In this document: positions 37,805 through 48,207 of the stretch, one piece after another
Position numbering within the stretch: position 1 is the first letter of the stretch
Layout of the letters: every line of letters starts with the position of its first letter
Assembly: GCA_964365855.1 (NCBI GenBank)
Contig: CAYIRC010000002.1
Span: forward strand, 1,781 to 65,780
Origin: Candidatus Woesearchaeota archaeon
Lineage (GTDB): Archaea; Nanobdellota; Nanobdellia; Pacearchaeales; GW2011-AR1
Direction of reading: 5' to 3'
Length of the DNA: 64,000 nt
Program-made: the position numbers and the translations under genes
Notes under the pieces: generated by a model
What the model saw: only the letters and a program-made list of their open reading frames with translations
Told to the model about the DNA's origin: nothing
Databases searched by the model: none

Positions 37805-40609
37805 TTATTCCCCGCATCCGCTTCTTGTCGTTTGTTTGCACGAAGTGCAGTAAATTGCGCAGTTGCCAATTCTCTTTGCAGGCCCGCCGCAATGAGGGCA
37901 TATAATTCCTTCATTGCCAAAATCCTCAATTGATTTCTGCTCTTCTTTTTCTGATTCTACACTAGCGGCAGTTGAAACTTCAACATTGATTCCTCCTGCT
38001 CCTTCTCCAAAATTATTAAGCATAAATTGCGCAACATAATCAACAATAGATGAAGCTGTTCTTATCTGGTTTCTATTAAAGTCCAAATCTCCACCATTTT
38101 CATTTTTTACAAATCCAGAGGGTTCAAATTTTTGATGCCTGAATTTTTTGAATAAATCATTTACAGAAGCTCCATATTGCAGATTAAGTGAAACAGATGT
38201 TGCCCATGAATCCATTAATCCTCTTATTGTCGAGCCCTCTTTATGCATTGTAACAAATATTTCTCCGGGCCTTCCGTTATCATAAAGCCCCACAATAAAG
38301 TATCCCTCATGCCCCGCGATATCAAATTTATGCACAATGCTCTTCCTTGTTTGAGGAAGTTTAGTTCTTCTGATATTGGCTTTATCGCCTTTTTTCTTTA
38401 TTATTTCTCCTTCAGTTTTTTGCGTGTTCAATGGCTGGCTTCTCTTGCTGTTTTCTCGATAAATAGCAACAGATTTCAATCCCTGCTCCCATGCATAAAA
38501 ATAAGCTTCTTCAATTTCAGAAATCGAGCAATGTTCAGGCATATTAATTGTCTTTGAAATCCCTCCAGATATAAATGGCTGGACTGCAGCCATTATTTTT
38601 ATATGTCCGGTATAATGAATAAATCTTTTGCCACTTGCTGGCTTGAATGCACAGTCAAATATGGCTAAATGCTTTTCTTCAAGCCCAGGAGCTCCTTCAA
38701 TTGTTTCTTTTTCATTTATATATTCCAAAATTTTTTCTATTTTATCCAGGTTATATCCAAGATTTTCAAGCGCAAGCCTGACGCTTTTATTTACAATCTT
38801 TAACATTCCTCCTCCAGAGAGATTTTTGTACTTTACAAGAGCAATATCTGGCTCAATTCCAGTTGTATCGCAGTCCATTAAAAATGCAATTGTACCGGTT
38901 GGGGCTAAGACACTAACTTGTGCATTTCTGAATCCATATCTCTCTCCAAGCTCCAGTGCCCTGTCCCAGCAATTTTTTGCTTCATCATAAAGCCCCTTAA
39001 GCTTTTCAGGAATCTTTCGTGCATCAATTTTATCAACATAACTCCTGTGCATTCTGATTACTTCAAGCATAGATTCTCTATTTTCTTCGAATTTATCAAA
39101 AGTTCCAAGTTTTCCTGCAAGTTCAGCTGAAATGCAGTAAGCATGGCCTGTTAATATTGCGGTAATTGCCGCTGCAACAGCTCTTCCTTCATCAGAATCA
39201 TATGGCAATCCATAACTCATTAACAAAGCACCTAGATTTGCATACCCCAATCCAAGCGGCCTGAATTTGTGCGAATTTTCAGTAATCTTTTCAGTTGGAT
39301 AACTTCCGCCATCAACAGCAAGCTCCTGTGCTATAATAAAATCTTTTATAGTTTCTTTATATCTTTCAATATCAAACCCCCCATGTTCAGTTCTGAATTT
39401 TCCAATATTTATTGAAGCGAGATTGCATGCCGTGTCATCAAGGTAGATAAATTCGCTGCAAGGATTAGTCGCATTAATCCATCCTGATTTCTTGCACGTA
39501 TTCCACCTATTGATTGTATCATCAAATTGAATTCCTGGATCCCCGCAATAATAAGTTGCTTCTCCAATTTGCTTTAGTAGGTCTCTTGCTTTGAAAGTCT
39601 GGCAGGTCTCTTTGGTTTTCACAAATTTTGTTTTAAATTCGCTGTTTTCTTTAACAGCTTTCATAAATTCATCACTTGCCCTTACAGATAAATTGCAATT
39701 TTGAAATCCAATGCTAGCATATGCCTCTCCATTCATTCCGCTGTCATAACCCTGTTCAATCAAAGCCCATGCTTTCTTCTCCTCTTTTAATTTTATATTA
39801 ATAAATTCAATAATATCCGGATGATAAATATTTAAAATAACCATTTTCGCAGCTCTTCTTGTCTTTCCTCCAGATTTTATTATTCCTGCATACATATCAG
39901 AGCCTTTGATGAATGAAATCGGTCCAGAAGCCCATCCACCTCCTGTCAGCCTTTCCTTAGAGCTTCTTAATGATGAATAATTTGTTCCAGTTCCGCTTCC
40001 TGCCTTAAACAAATTAGCCTCAGATGTTTGCAAAGCCATTATAGATTCCATTGTGTCATCAACACTTTGAATAAAGCATGCAGAACATTGTGGCTTGTCT
40101 TCTCCTTTTTCAGAACTAACAACTTTGTTTAATGTTTCATTCCATTTAAATGCAGAAACGCCTCCTGCATTTTTGTCATATTCATTAATTCCGGCATTAA
40201 ACCACACAGGCGAATTAAAAGCAGCCAGCTGGTTGAGGCAGATAGCTGCAATTTCTTCTTCAAATATTTTTGCTTCTTCAGGATTGAAATGTTTTTGCAG
40301 CAATGCCTGCCTGCCAAAGAATTTTGCAACTCTTCCAATAAGCATATCTGTTGAATTTTCTCTTTCTTTTTTGTCCTGATTGCCCCAAAAATATTTTCCA
40401 GCGACAACTTTAATTGCAAGGTCACTCCAAAAATCAGGATACTTTACACTCGACTGTGTGAAAACCACTTTTCCAAGGTCATTTGTTATATTAACATCTT
40501 TTGTTATATATTTTATAGGATTTCCAAATATATCAAATTCAAACGGGTTTTTTTCCTCTCTCGTAAAATACCTCTCTACTTTCTGCAGGTTTTCTATTCC
40601 AGGCGTCAT
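37805..40609 (-). CDS. nrdJ: ribonucleoside-diphosphate reductase, class II (adenosylcobalamin-dependent), with a C-terminal zinc ribbon
   Basis: NPCSEF active-site motif, a long RNR barrel collinear with class II enzymes, and C-terminal CPHCGG...CTSCK as in archaeal class II RNRs. The 934 aa length is consistent with no intein. Confidence 0.9.
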   Translation of the reverse strand: MTPGIENLQKVERYFTREEKNPFEFDIFGNPIKYITKDVNITNDLGKVVFTQSSVKYPDFWSDLAIKVVAGKYFWGNQDKKERENSTDMLIGRVAKFFGRQALLQKHFNPEEAKIFEEEIAAICLNQLAAFNSPVWFNAGINEYDKNAGGVSAFKWNETLNKVVSSEKGEDKPQCSACFIQSVDDTMESIMALQTSEANLFKAGSGTGTNYSSLRSSKERLTGGGWASGPISFIKGSDMYAGIIKSGGKTRRAAKMVILNIYHPDIIEFINIKLKEEKKAWALIEQGYDSGMNGEAYASIGFQNCNLSVRASDEFMKAVKENSEFKTKFVKTKETCQTFKARDLLKQIGEATYYCGDPGIQFDDTINRWNTCKKSGWINATNPCSEFIYLDDTACNLASINIGKFRTEHGGFDIERYKETIKDFIIAQELAVDGGSYPTEKITENSHKFRPLGLGYANLGALLMSYGLPYDSDEGRAVAAAITAILTGHAYCISAELAGKLGTFDKFEENRESMLEVIRMHRSYVDKIDARKIPEKLKGLYDEAKNCWDRALELGERYGFRNAQVSVLAPTGTIAFLMDCDTTGIEPDIALVKYKNLSGGGMLKIVNKSVRLALENLGYNLDKIEKILEYINEKETIEGAPGLEEKHLAIFDCAFKPASGKRFIHYTGHIKIMAAVQPFISGGISKTINMPEHCSISEIEEAYFYAWEQGLKSVAIYRENSKRSQPLNTQKTEGEIIKKKGDKANIRRTKLPQTRKSIVHKFDIAGHEGYFIVGLYDNGRPGEIFVTMHKEGSTIRGLMDSWATSVSLNLQYGASVNDLFKKFRHQKFEPSGFVKNENGGDLDFNRNQIRTASSIVDYVAQFMLNNFGEGAGGINVEVSTAASVESEKEEQKSIEDFGNEGIICPHCGGPAKRIGNCAIYCTSCKQTTRSGCGE

Positions 40610-41049
40610 TTTCCAATGAGCTCCTTTATCTCTTTTTTAAAATCAGAAATATCTGTAAAATCCCTATAGACTGAAGCAAATCTTATATATGCAATTTTAT
40701 CAATTTTCTTTAATTCTTTAGATACAAGCTCGCCTATAATGCTTGTTTTTACTTCCTTTCCATCCTTCCTTATTTTTTCTTCAACATTTCTTATTATATC
40801 ATTAATTTGTTCATTAGAAACCGGTCTTTTTTCGCATGCTTTTAATATTCCTTTTTTAATTTTGTCACAATCAAAATTCTCTCTTCGCCCGTCTTTTTTT
40901 ATAACACGCAATTCAACTTTTTCAACACTCTCATGCGTATTGAATCTTCTTTTGCATTTGATGCACTCTCGTCTCCTTTTAGTTATATTATTAAAATCTC
41001 TCTTATCCAGTACTTTGGTTATATTATGTAGGCAATACGGGCATAGCAT
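40606..41049 (-). CDS. nrdR: NrdR-like transcriptional repressor (zinc ribbon plus ATP-cone)
   Basis: MLCPYC...KRRRECIKCKRRF zinc ribbon followed by an ATP-cone (VIKKDGRRENFDCDKIKKGI). The start is taken at the internal Met (the ORF track extends to 41088). It overlaps nrdJ by 4 bp. Confidence 0.85.
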   Translation of the reverse strand: MLCPYCLHNITKVLDKRDFNNITKRRRECIKCKRRFNTHESVEKVELRVIKKDGRRENFDCDKIKKGILKACEKRPVSNEQINDIIRNVEEKIRKDGKEVKTSIIGELVSKELKKIDKIAYIRFASVYRDFTDISDFKKEIKELIGK

Positions 41050-41242
41050 TTTACAATATCTTGTGTTTTTATCTCCTCTTTTATACAACTTATTGTATCT
41101 GTTGCAATAAGCTAAACTCTTCTAAATTTTCACTTATTTAAAGATTTCTGCACTGGAGTTTTATTCGTCGCAGTTATTTGAAAAAAGTGTTTTACATTTC
41201 TTTAGTAATAAAAATCTAACTGACATAAAACTTCTAAAAAGC

Positions 41243-41253
41243 TTTATATATAT
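41243..41253 (+). promoter_or_regulatory. putative TATA box (TTTATATATAT) about 20-25 bp upstream of the 41272 ORF start
   Basis: A/T-rich box with a spacing compatible with archaeal leaderless transcription. Confidence 0.3.
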
Positions 41254-41271
41254 CTGTAATTTAGGATAAAT

Positions 41272-41523
41272 ATGTCACTTTCACTGCCTTATGATTTCGG
41301 TTTGCCTATTTGGGCGGTTATTCTTTTAACAATATGGATTTTTGTTTGGAAAGGCCTAGCACTCTGGAAATCAGCACAATTAAAGCATAAAGTCTGGTTC
41401 GTATTATTATTAATAATAAACACATTTGCAATATTTGAAATTCTTTATATATTCTTATTTTCAAAGATAAGGCTTGATAATTCTGCTGAAATTAAAAAAA
41501 GCAAAGCAAGAAAAAAGAGATAA
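41272..41523 (+). CDS. small membrane protein (83 aa)
   Basis: Two hydrophobic helices and a basic C-terminus; no recognisable motif. Confidence 0.4.
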   Translation: MSLSLPYDFGLPIWAVILLTIWIFVWKGLALWKSAQLKHKVWFVLLLIINTFAIFEILYIFLFSKIRLDNSAEIKKSKARKKR

Positions 41524-41760
41524 ATGCATACAAAATTCAAAAGGCATCAAAAAGTCCGGCTTCTGATAGACCCTTCAACAGAGTACACAGATTATTTTGA
41601 AGATACTGCTCCAGTCCCAATAAAAAAAGGAATGGTTGGCAAAATCAACATTATTTTACCTAACGGTCAGTATCATGTTGAAATTTTAGACAAAAATGGC
41701 CAGCCCATAGCTTATGTTCCAATGAATGAAGAATACTTGGAAGAAGTAAAAGAAAATTAA
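41524..41760 (+). CDS. hypothetical small protein (78 aa)
   Basis: ORF directly abutting the previous gene; no recognisable motif. Confidence 0.4.
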   Translation: MHTKFKRHQKVRLLIDPSTEYTDYFEDTAPVPIKKGMVGKINIILPNGQYHVEILDKNGQPIAYVPMNEEYLEEVKEN

Positions 41761-41770
41761 TAATTATTCT

Positions 41771-42136
41771 CTAGCATCTCGCAAGTTGCTTAAGCTCATC
41801 AAGATTTTTTAAGCCATAAAAAATATTGCCATTTATTTTCCATGCAGGATATCCTTCAAGCCCTATACAAGCTTTAACGTTTGCAGAACATTCAACATAA
41901 TTTATAAATCCAAAACTATCTCCAAAAAGGCTTTTTTGTTTTTTGCAGTATTTACAGGAATCAGTGCCATACATTACAACTTCTTTGCTTGCTAAGCATT
42001 GTGCAACATTAGTTTTTTCTCCTTCACTTACTGAATACCCTGTAATCATAGAAAACCAGTCTGTAAAAAAGTATAACATAGCCACAAGCAAAACAATTAT
42101 CATAAGAGTGACCATTACCTTGTACCTTTTTTCCAT
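41771..42136 (-). CDS. membrane-anchored thioredoxin/glutaredoxin-like protein
   Basis: N-terminal TM helix followed by a CKYC (CxxC) motif in a thioredoxin-fold-like context. Confidence 0.55.
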   Translation of the reverse strand: MEKRYKVMVTLMIIVLLVAMLYFFTDWFSMITGYSVSEGEKTNVAQCLASKEVVMYGTDSCKYCKKQKSLFGDSFGFINYVECSANVKACIGLEGYPAWKINGNIFYGLKNLDELKQLARC

Positions 42137-42203
42137 CGTACAAACAATTTCAGCTTCTTTTTAACTTTTTTGTTTTAATCAACTTAGTAGTAATCTTTAT
42201 AAA

Positions 42204-42779
42204 ATGCCTCTTCCTATAAAAATAATGGAATTAATATTATGGATTATTCTTGCAGTAATTGCTTTATTAGTGATACTTTTCGTATCTTATTTTAACAGGT
42301 TTGCAGTATTAGGGAACAGGATTGACAATTCATTATCACAGATTGATGTTCAATTAAAGAAAAGAGCAGATTTAGTTCCAAATTTAATTAACACTGTTAA
42401 AGGTTATGCAAAGCATGAAAAAGGCATAATGAAAAATGTTACAGATGCTAGAACAGCTTTGCTTTCTGCAAAAACTCTGACTGAAAGGGCAAAGGCAGGA
42501 GCAGAATTGCAGACTGCTTTAAAGTCAATCTTTGCATTAGCTGAAAATTATCCGCAATTAAGGGCAAATGAAAATTTCCTTCAGCTTCAGCAGGAATTAG
42601 CAGCTATTGAAGAGAGAATTGCATATGCCCGGCAGTATTACAATGATTCAATATTAAGCTACAATAATTTATGCAAGACTTTCCCCGGAGTTTTATTCGC
42701 AGGCCTGTATGGAAAGTTAGCCAAACCCTTCCTCCAAATTGCCTCGGAAGAACGTGCTGTTCCTAAAGTTGAGTTTTAA
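42204..42779 (+). CDS. LemA family membrane protein
   Basis: N-terminal TM helix and the conserved LemA YN...FP...FA segment (ILSYNNLCKTFPGVLFAGLYG). Confidence 0.8.
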   Translation: MPLPIKIMELILWIILAVIALLVILFVSYFNRFAVLGNRIDNSLSQIDVQLKKRADLVPNLINTVKGYAKHEKGIMKNVTDARTALLSAKTLTERAKAGAELQTALKSIFALAENYPQLRANENFLQLQQELAAIEERIAYARQYYNDSILSYNNLCKTFPGVLFAGLYGKLAKPFLQIASEERAVPKVEF

Positions 42780-42784
42780 CTACT

Positions 42785-43798
42785 TTAAATTTCTTTAATT
42801 TTCAAATCATTTTTGCTCTTGACATTTGAAAGCAGAACAACAAAGCTTCTTTCATCTTCACCCATAATTCTATAGCCATCAGCCTTGAGCTCTTCTTCAA
42901 GCTTCAAAGCAAATGCTTTTACTTCAGGATGAAACGGCATTTTCTTCCACGATAATCTATTTCGGGCAAATCCAATTGACTTAAAACCATCAACATGAAT
43001 AAAATCAGGCTGTGCTTTTCTGATTAGTTCAGCATACTCTTTAACATGTCTATCTTCCATATTTGATAATTTATCGATTTCCTTATCGCCTTCCATTGCT
43101 TTAACAAGATTTAACCTAATTGCCCTTCGCACTTTTCCTTTCAGCTTTATGAAAAGCTCAAGAGTTTTATTTAACTTCTGCCAAGCATTTTTTTTATAAG
43201 GCCTGTGCCAAATTTTGTAAAGTTCTTCATTTGAAGTATTAACAGTCAAAGTCATTTGAGTTGGCAATGCATTCTCTTTTTCAAGCTTTTCAATTGCTTC
43301 AGGATTAAGACCATTTGTAACAAGAAAAGTCACAGCACCTCTTGTTCTGCAAAGCTTAATTATCTCACCAAGATAAGGATAAAGAGTTGCTTCTCCTATA
43401 AGTGAAAATGTAAATAAAGTCGGTTCAAGAGCTTCTTTCAGTTTTTTCTTGTCAACCTTTTCATTTCCGCCACATCCAATCAAAAGCTTTCTTCTTTCTT
43501 CAATCAATCCTTCAATTATCTCTTCTGGATTTTCAGGATTTGATACAATATTTGGGATTGTATAATCAGTATTTCTCCAGCAATGAATGCATTTATTCTC
43601 GCAGTTAAACAAGCTAACACTTACCTGTGCGCATCTGTGGCTTTTTATGCCATAAAATTTCTCTTTCCAGCACACTTTTCCCTCTCCAAGCGACCTTCGC
43701 GTCCATTGGCATATCTGCACTCCGCTGTGCTTTCCTACAAGGCCATATTTCTGTTTCTTGAGCTGTTCTCGTGCTTTTTCAAACTCTTTGCTTTCCAT
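42785..43798 (-). CDS. taw1: tRNA 4-demethylwyosine synthase (radical SAM, Taw1/TYW1)
   Basis: CQWTRRSLGEGKVCWKEKFYGIKSHRCAQVSVSLFNCENKCIHCWR matches the Taw1 cysteine clusters; ~340 aa as in archaeal Taw1. Confidence 0.8.
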   Translation of the reverse strand: MESKEFEKAREQLKKQKYGLVGKHSGVQICQWTRRSLGEGKVCWKEKFYGIKSHRCAQVSVSLFNCENKCIHCWRNTDYTIPNIVSNPENPEEIIEGLIEERRKLLIGCGGNEKVDKKKLKEALEPTLFTFSLIGEATLYPYLGEIIKLCRTRGAVTFLVTNGLNPEAIEKLEKENALPTQMTLTVNTSNEELYKIWHRPYKKNAWQKLNKTLELFIKLKGKVRRAIRLNLVKAMEGDKEIDKLSNMEDRHVKEYAELIRKAQPDFIHVDGFKSIGFARNRLSWKKMPFHPEVKAFALKLEEELKADGYRIMGEDERSFVVLLSNVKSKNDLKIKEI

Positions 43799-43863
43799 TC
43801 GAAGAATTAGTTCCTTTGCTTTTTAATTTTTATTCCTAATAAAAACATTAATAAATATGCCAA

Positions 43864-44640
43864 ATGTCCCCATTAAAGATGAAAAAAGAAACTAAGCAAA
43901 AAGTAAAAGACCTTGTAAAGAAGGTTATTTTATCAAAAATTGATAACTATGCTGCTGAAACTGACTATATGCCTTTTTTTGAAGCAATTTTCACAAAAGA
44001 ACAAGTAAAATTAGCATCCATAATTCATTCATTTTATACTACATTTGGCATTTCTCTATATGAGCAATTAGTTAAAATTTTAGCAGAAGGGGCAGGTTAT
44101 GAAGTGCATACTCAATATGACTTGCTTGGAGAAATTGACCCTAAAACAGAAGCATTTGTATCAAAAATAGATATGGATTTGAGAACTGCTAAAAGAATAC
44201 CAAATATGAAATTAGAATTTGAAGAAATAAAAAACTCTATTCAAAAAGGGAATCCATTGCAAGACCCAGATAAAAGAGTTGATGTTTATATAAAGAAAAA
44301 AGATGGAACAGAGATTTATTTTGATATTACTTCTCCAAAACCAAATATAAAAGAGTTTGTAGCGTTAAAAAAGAAATTATTGAGATGGGTTGCTCTAAGG
44401 TTGAGCATAGATAAAAATGCTAAAGTCATAACTGCTTTGAGCATGCCTTATAACCCTTACTATCCAAAACCCTATAAAAGGTGGACAGCAGGAAATATGT
44501 ACGATTCATCTCAACTTATGGTTGGAGATAATTTTTGGAATTTTGTGGCAGGGGAAAATATTTATGATGAATTCATAGAAATCTTCAAAGAAGTCGGTGA
44601 AGAATTAAAAGAGAAAATTAAAGAGATTGCTAAAGAATAG
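43864..44640 (+). CDS. hypothetical protein, candidate type II restriction endonuclease (convergent partner of the DNA methyltransferase)
   Basis: The call rests on context only: it is convergent and directly adjacent (1-bp gap) to an N6/N4 DNA MTase, and ~250 aa long as are many type II REases. I do not confidently recognise a nuclease motif. Confidence 0.35.
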   Translation: MSPLKMKKETKQKVKDLVKKVILSKIDNYAAETDYMPFFEAIFTKEQVKLASIIHSFYTTFGISLYEQLVKILAEGAGYEVHTQYDLLGEIDPKTEAFVSKIDMDLRTAKRIPNMKLEFEEIKNSIQKGNPLQDPDKRVDVYIKKKDGTEIYFDITSPKPNIKEFVALKKKLLRWVALRLSIDKNAKVITALSMPYNPYYPKPYKRWTAGNMYDSSQLMVGDNFWNFVAGENIYDEFIEIFKEVGEELKEKIKEIAKE

Positions 44641-46242
44641 TTATTTTTTCTTCATATGAAAAATAATCTCAGCATAAGGTTGTCTATCCCTTTCAGTTCT
44701 GTTTAAAACAGGCCTCTTGAATTTATCAACAATTTTTAATCCACTTTTTTCAGCAATTAGCGGATAAAGATTATATTTATCATTAGCTACAATAAAAAAA
44801 TCTCCATCATCTTTAACAAACTTGCTAACATTTCTAAATACTTGACTTATTCCTTCAATATATTCATCTTTCGCATTTTGCCCTTGTCCTTTAAATAAAG
44901 GGCCTATTTCCTTGTCATCTTTTCTAGGAATATCAAAAAGTTCATATGCGTAAGCATGTTGCTCGTGATAATCTATTTGTCCAACATAAGGCGGAGAAGT
45001 AAAAATGCCCTCTATTTTTTTATTCGATAAAATCTTATAAAATTCAGGGTTTTTCTTTTTAATTTCTTCAAATATATTTGCATCTCTTGAATCTCCGTGA
45101 ATAACCTCACTAAAGACATTCTTTTTTAATTTTGAAAACTCATTTATTCTTTTTATTGTATCATAAATATATCTTATGAGATGTTTAACAATTGTATTTA
45201 TCGGAGTACATAATTTTTTATGTTTCCTGCAGTAATAAGGACCAACTTGAGGTTCTGTCAAAGTTGCTAAATCAGAATGGGTTGTTGCTCTGCATGAACG
45301 AGCAGCCCTGCTTAAAATGACTCTTAATGAATCTCTTAAATCTTCATCTTTAATTTCTCGCAAAAGCTTTATATAATAAAATAATTCTTGTCTTACTCTT
45401 TTTGAAAACCATTTATTAAGAAAATTAGTCATTTCCTTTTCATCTAATAATCCTGTTTTATTTTTTGTTCCATTTTTTTCAAAAAATTCCTCATTCTCTT
45501 TTAAAAATTGTTTAAGTTTTTCCTGGCCATATTGTTCTTCATCTTTGATTATTCCTTTCCAGATATTTCTTTTAAATTCAGGATTAGGAAAATATTCTTT
45601 ATTAAAGTCATTCAATTTTTCTTTTAATTGCTCGTCAAATGAATCATCAAACATGTCTTGACTAAACTTTCGTGTCTTAAAGCAGATATCCCTTGCTTTT
45701 TTGTCCAAATCAATTAGATTATATTTCCCAATTTTGACTTTAGAAATTAAGCAATTAAAGTCAGATATATCTATTCCAATTGAATTTAAGCCCAATTCAG
45801 AAGATTGTACCAAAGTTGTCCCGCTTCCCATAAAAGGGTCTAAGATTATATCTCCGGGCTTAAAAAAAACCTCTTTTTTATAATCATTCAAATGAGTATC
45901 CAAAAAGTATTCTACTAATTGAGGAATAAATTTTCCTTTATAAGGATGCAATCTATGAACATGCTTTGTAGTATCAGATTCTCTTAAATGAGAAAAAGAT
46001 AAACCCCAATTTAAGTCATTGCCAAGTTTGCTCTTCCAAGATTCCTGCTTGTTTGTCAAATTTTTGTCATAATACTCTTTCAATTCTTCTAAATTAATTT
46101 GAATCTTTTTCTGTTCATCTAAATATTTTTTTATCTTAGCATATTGTATCAAATAGCTTATATTAGAAGGTGTTACTGGTCTATCCAAATAACCTGTTGC
46201 CCATTCCGATGCTTTACTTATTGATAAAAGTTTTTGAATCAT
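44641..46242 (-). CDS. N6-adenine/N4-cytosine DNA methyltransferase (motif order I then IV)
   Basis: DPFMGSGTTLVQS (AdoMet-binding motif I of the N6_N4 MTase family) and TSPPY (motif IV). Confidence 0.8.
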   Translation of the reverse strand: MIQKLLSISKASEWATGYLDRPVTPSNISYLIQYAKIKKYLDEQKKIQINLEELKEYYDKNLTNKQESWKSKLGNDLNWGLSFSHLRESDTTKHVHRLHPYKGKFIPQLVEYFLDTHLNDYKKEVFFKPGDIILDPFMGSGTTLVQSSELGLNSIGIDISDFNCLISKVKIGKYNLIDLDKKARDICFKTRKFSQDMFDDSFDEQLKEKLNDFNKEYFPNPEFKRNIWKGIIKDEEQYGQEKLKQFLKENEEFFEKNGTKNKTGLLDEKEMTNFLNKWFSKRVRQELFYYIKLLREIKDEDLRDSLRVILSRAARSCRATTHSDLATLTEPQVGPYYCRKHKKLCTPINTIVKHLIRYIYDTIKRINEFSKLKKNVFSEVIHGDSRDANIFEEIKKKNPEFYKILSNKKIEGIFTSPPYVGQIDYHEQHAYAYELFDIPRKDDKEIGPLFKGQGQNAKDEYIEGISQVFRNVSKFVKDDGDFFIVANDKYNLYPLIAEKSGLKIVDKFKRPVLNRTERDRQPYAEIIFHMKKK

Positions 46243-46319
46243 CTTTTCTCCTTTTTACTCTATTCTAATAAGACAATTTCTATATAAATTTTTTGGCCCA
46301 TTCGCCAGTAACAACTTAA

Positions 46320-46817
46320 TTATTCTTCATTATACCCATAAAAAATATCATTGTATTCTTCAGTGTCATAGACACAGATGCCTTTGTCATGCAACAGCAC
46401 GAATTCTTTGATTCTTGCATCAAGAGTCATCTTACTGCAGATTGTGCAATAAGGCTTTTCAGCTGCAAATGGATTGCCATTTTCATCAATTCTTGAAAAA
46501 TATAATGTAGACCCTGCAATTTTATCAGGATTTTTTCTCAAAGCATCCATAATTGCTCTTTGTTCTGCATGCACACAGCATGTTTTGTCCGTAACTTTTT
46601 TGTGATAAGAGTCTTTTGAAGCAAAACATCTTCTCTGGGTTTCTTTGTCAAAAGGCGGAGAATTAAACCCTTTTCCAATCACTTCGCCATCTTTTATAAT
46701 AACGCATCCGCATCTTGCTCTCCTGCATGTTGAGTTTAGGGCTGCTTCAGTAGCCATCCTAATAAATTCAACTGCCTCACTTTCTTCCTTGCCGCTTAAA
46801 TAATTCATGCACAACAC
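46320..46817 (-). CDS. dCMP/cytidine deaminase-family zinc deaminase
   Basis: CCVHAEQRAIMDA (HAE...) and PCTICS (PCxxC) zinc-binding motifs. Confidence 0.8.
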   Translation of the reverse strand: MLCMNYLSGKEESEAVEFIRMATEAALNSTCRRARCGCVIIKDGEVIGKGFNSPPFDKETQRRCFASKDSYHKKVTDKTCCVHAEQRAIMDALRKNPDKIAGSTLYFSRIDENGNPFAAEKPYCTICSKMTLDARIKEFVLLHDKGICVYDTEEYNDIFYGYNEE

Positions 46818-46883
46818 AAGTATTTTATCAATATAAAATTATGTATTCAAAAAATATAAATACCCTCGATAATTCATAGAAGC

Positions 46884-47783
46884 ATGGCAGAAAGGCTCTC
46901 TTTTGAAGACCAGATAACTAGCAACAAATTGAAATCTTTCATCTTAATAGCGGTAATTTTCATATTTTTCTTAATCTTAGGGTATATAATTTCTCTTGTA
47001 TCTGACCCTGCTTCATTTATTTTTATAATGATTATAGCTGCATTCACTTCAATTATTTACATCTTAATAAGCTATTTTAATTCTGACAAAATTGCTCTTG
47101 CATCTGTAGGCGCAAAGCCAGCAACTCGGCAGCAACTCCCGCAATTATTTAATACAGTTGAAAACATGTCACTGGCTTCAGGCTTGCCAATGCCAAAAAT
47201 ATATGTTATGAATTCAAATGAAATAAACGCTTTTGCTTCAGGAAGAAATCCACAAACAGCAGTTATTTGCGTTACAACCGGAGCTTTAGAAAAATTAAAC
47301 AAGCAGGAGCTAGAAGGAGTTATTGCTCATGAAATGTCTCATATTGCAAATCTTGATATAAGATTCATGACTCTAACAGCTGTTTTAGTCGGAATGATTT
47401 CAATAGTAGCTCAGATTTTTTTAAGAAGTATGTGGTATAGTGGAGGAAAGAAAGATAATAAAGGCAGCGGAATAATAGTAATAATAGCATTAATTGCAGC
47501 AATTTTAGCTCCAATAGCTGCACAGTTAGTCCAGTTAGCAATTTCAAGAAAGAGGGAATATGGAGCTGATGCAACAGGCGTTAAATTCACCCGTTATCCG
47601 CTTGGATTGGCAAACGCATTAAAAAAGATAAAAAATGAGCACATAACTCCGGAAGACAAGGAAAAATACCCTAAAGCAGTAGCCCCGCTTTTCATTTCAG
47701 ACCCATTTAAGAAAAAAATGCAAACCCTGTTTAGCACGCACCCAGATATAGATGATAGGATTAGAAAATTGGAAAGAATGTAA
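46884..47783 (+). CDS. htpX: HtpX-like M48 zinc metalloprotease
   Basis: N-terminal TM helices, HEMSHI (HExxH) and a downstream E in the EYGAD region. Confidence 0.85.
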   Translation: MAERLSFEDQITSNKLKSFILIAVIFIFFLILGYIISLVSDPASFIFIMIIAAFTSIIYILISYFNSDKIALASVGAKPATRQQLPQLFNTVENMSLASGLPMPKIYVMNSNEINAFASGRNPQTAVICVTTGALEKLNKQELEGVIAHEMSHIANLDIRFMTLTAVLVGMISIVAQIFLRSMWYSGGKKDNKGSGIIVIIALIAAILAPIAAQLVQLAISRKREYGADATGVKFTRYPLGLANALKKIKNEHITPEDKEKYPKAVAPLFISDPFKKKMQTLFSTHPDIDDRIRKLERM

Positions 47784-47784
47784 T

Positions 47785-48207
47785 TTATTTTGCATATCTT
47801 ACAAGCATTTGCTCTGCCTGCTCTAAATGCTGTAAATCTTCTCTAACAAGCTCCAAATATTCCCTATATTGTTTGCCTGTAACCCAAGGTAATATACCCT
47901 CAGTTGCTGTTCTTATATGGCTAATTATACTTCTTCCTACTTCTGCAAAAGGTTTTGAAGGTCCTTGAAATTCTCCTGCAAATCTTTCTTCAGCATATCT
48001 AACTCCTTCTTTTACAGAGTCAGTTACTATTTTAACAGAATCCTGTAATGGAATCCCTGCATCAGAATTTTCTAATCTCGTTGATAAAGCAACCCGAGTT
48101 TGTCGAAATGCACTAAAAATCTGTTCTTTTTCACTAAGGCCTTTTTCATCCATTTTAATTTCATATTTTATATGCTTATTAATATTTTTATTGAAAAATA
48201 TATACAT
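47785..48207 (-). CDS. hypothetical protein (140 aa)
   Basis: ORF only; looks less AT-rich than its neighbours. Confidence 0.4.
   Translation of the reverse strand: MYIFFNKNINKHIKYEIKMDEKGLSEKEQIFSAFRQTRVALSTRLENSDAGIPLQDSVKIVTDSVKEGVRYAEERFAGEFQGPSKPFAEVGRSIISHIRTATEGILPWVTGKQYREYLELVREDLQHLEQAEQMLVRYAK

Noticed and set aside
37805-40609. Possible intein in the class II RNR (as in Pyrococcus)
   Set aside because: The 934-aa length and continuous RNR collinearity fit an intein-free enzyme. No LAGLIDADG or C...HN boundary pair was seen.
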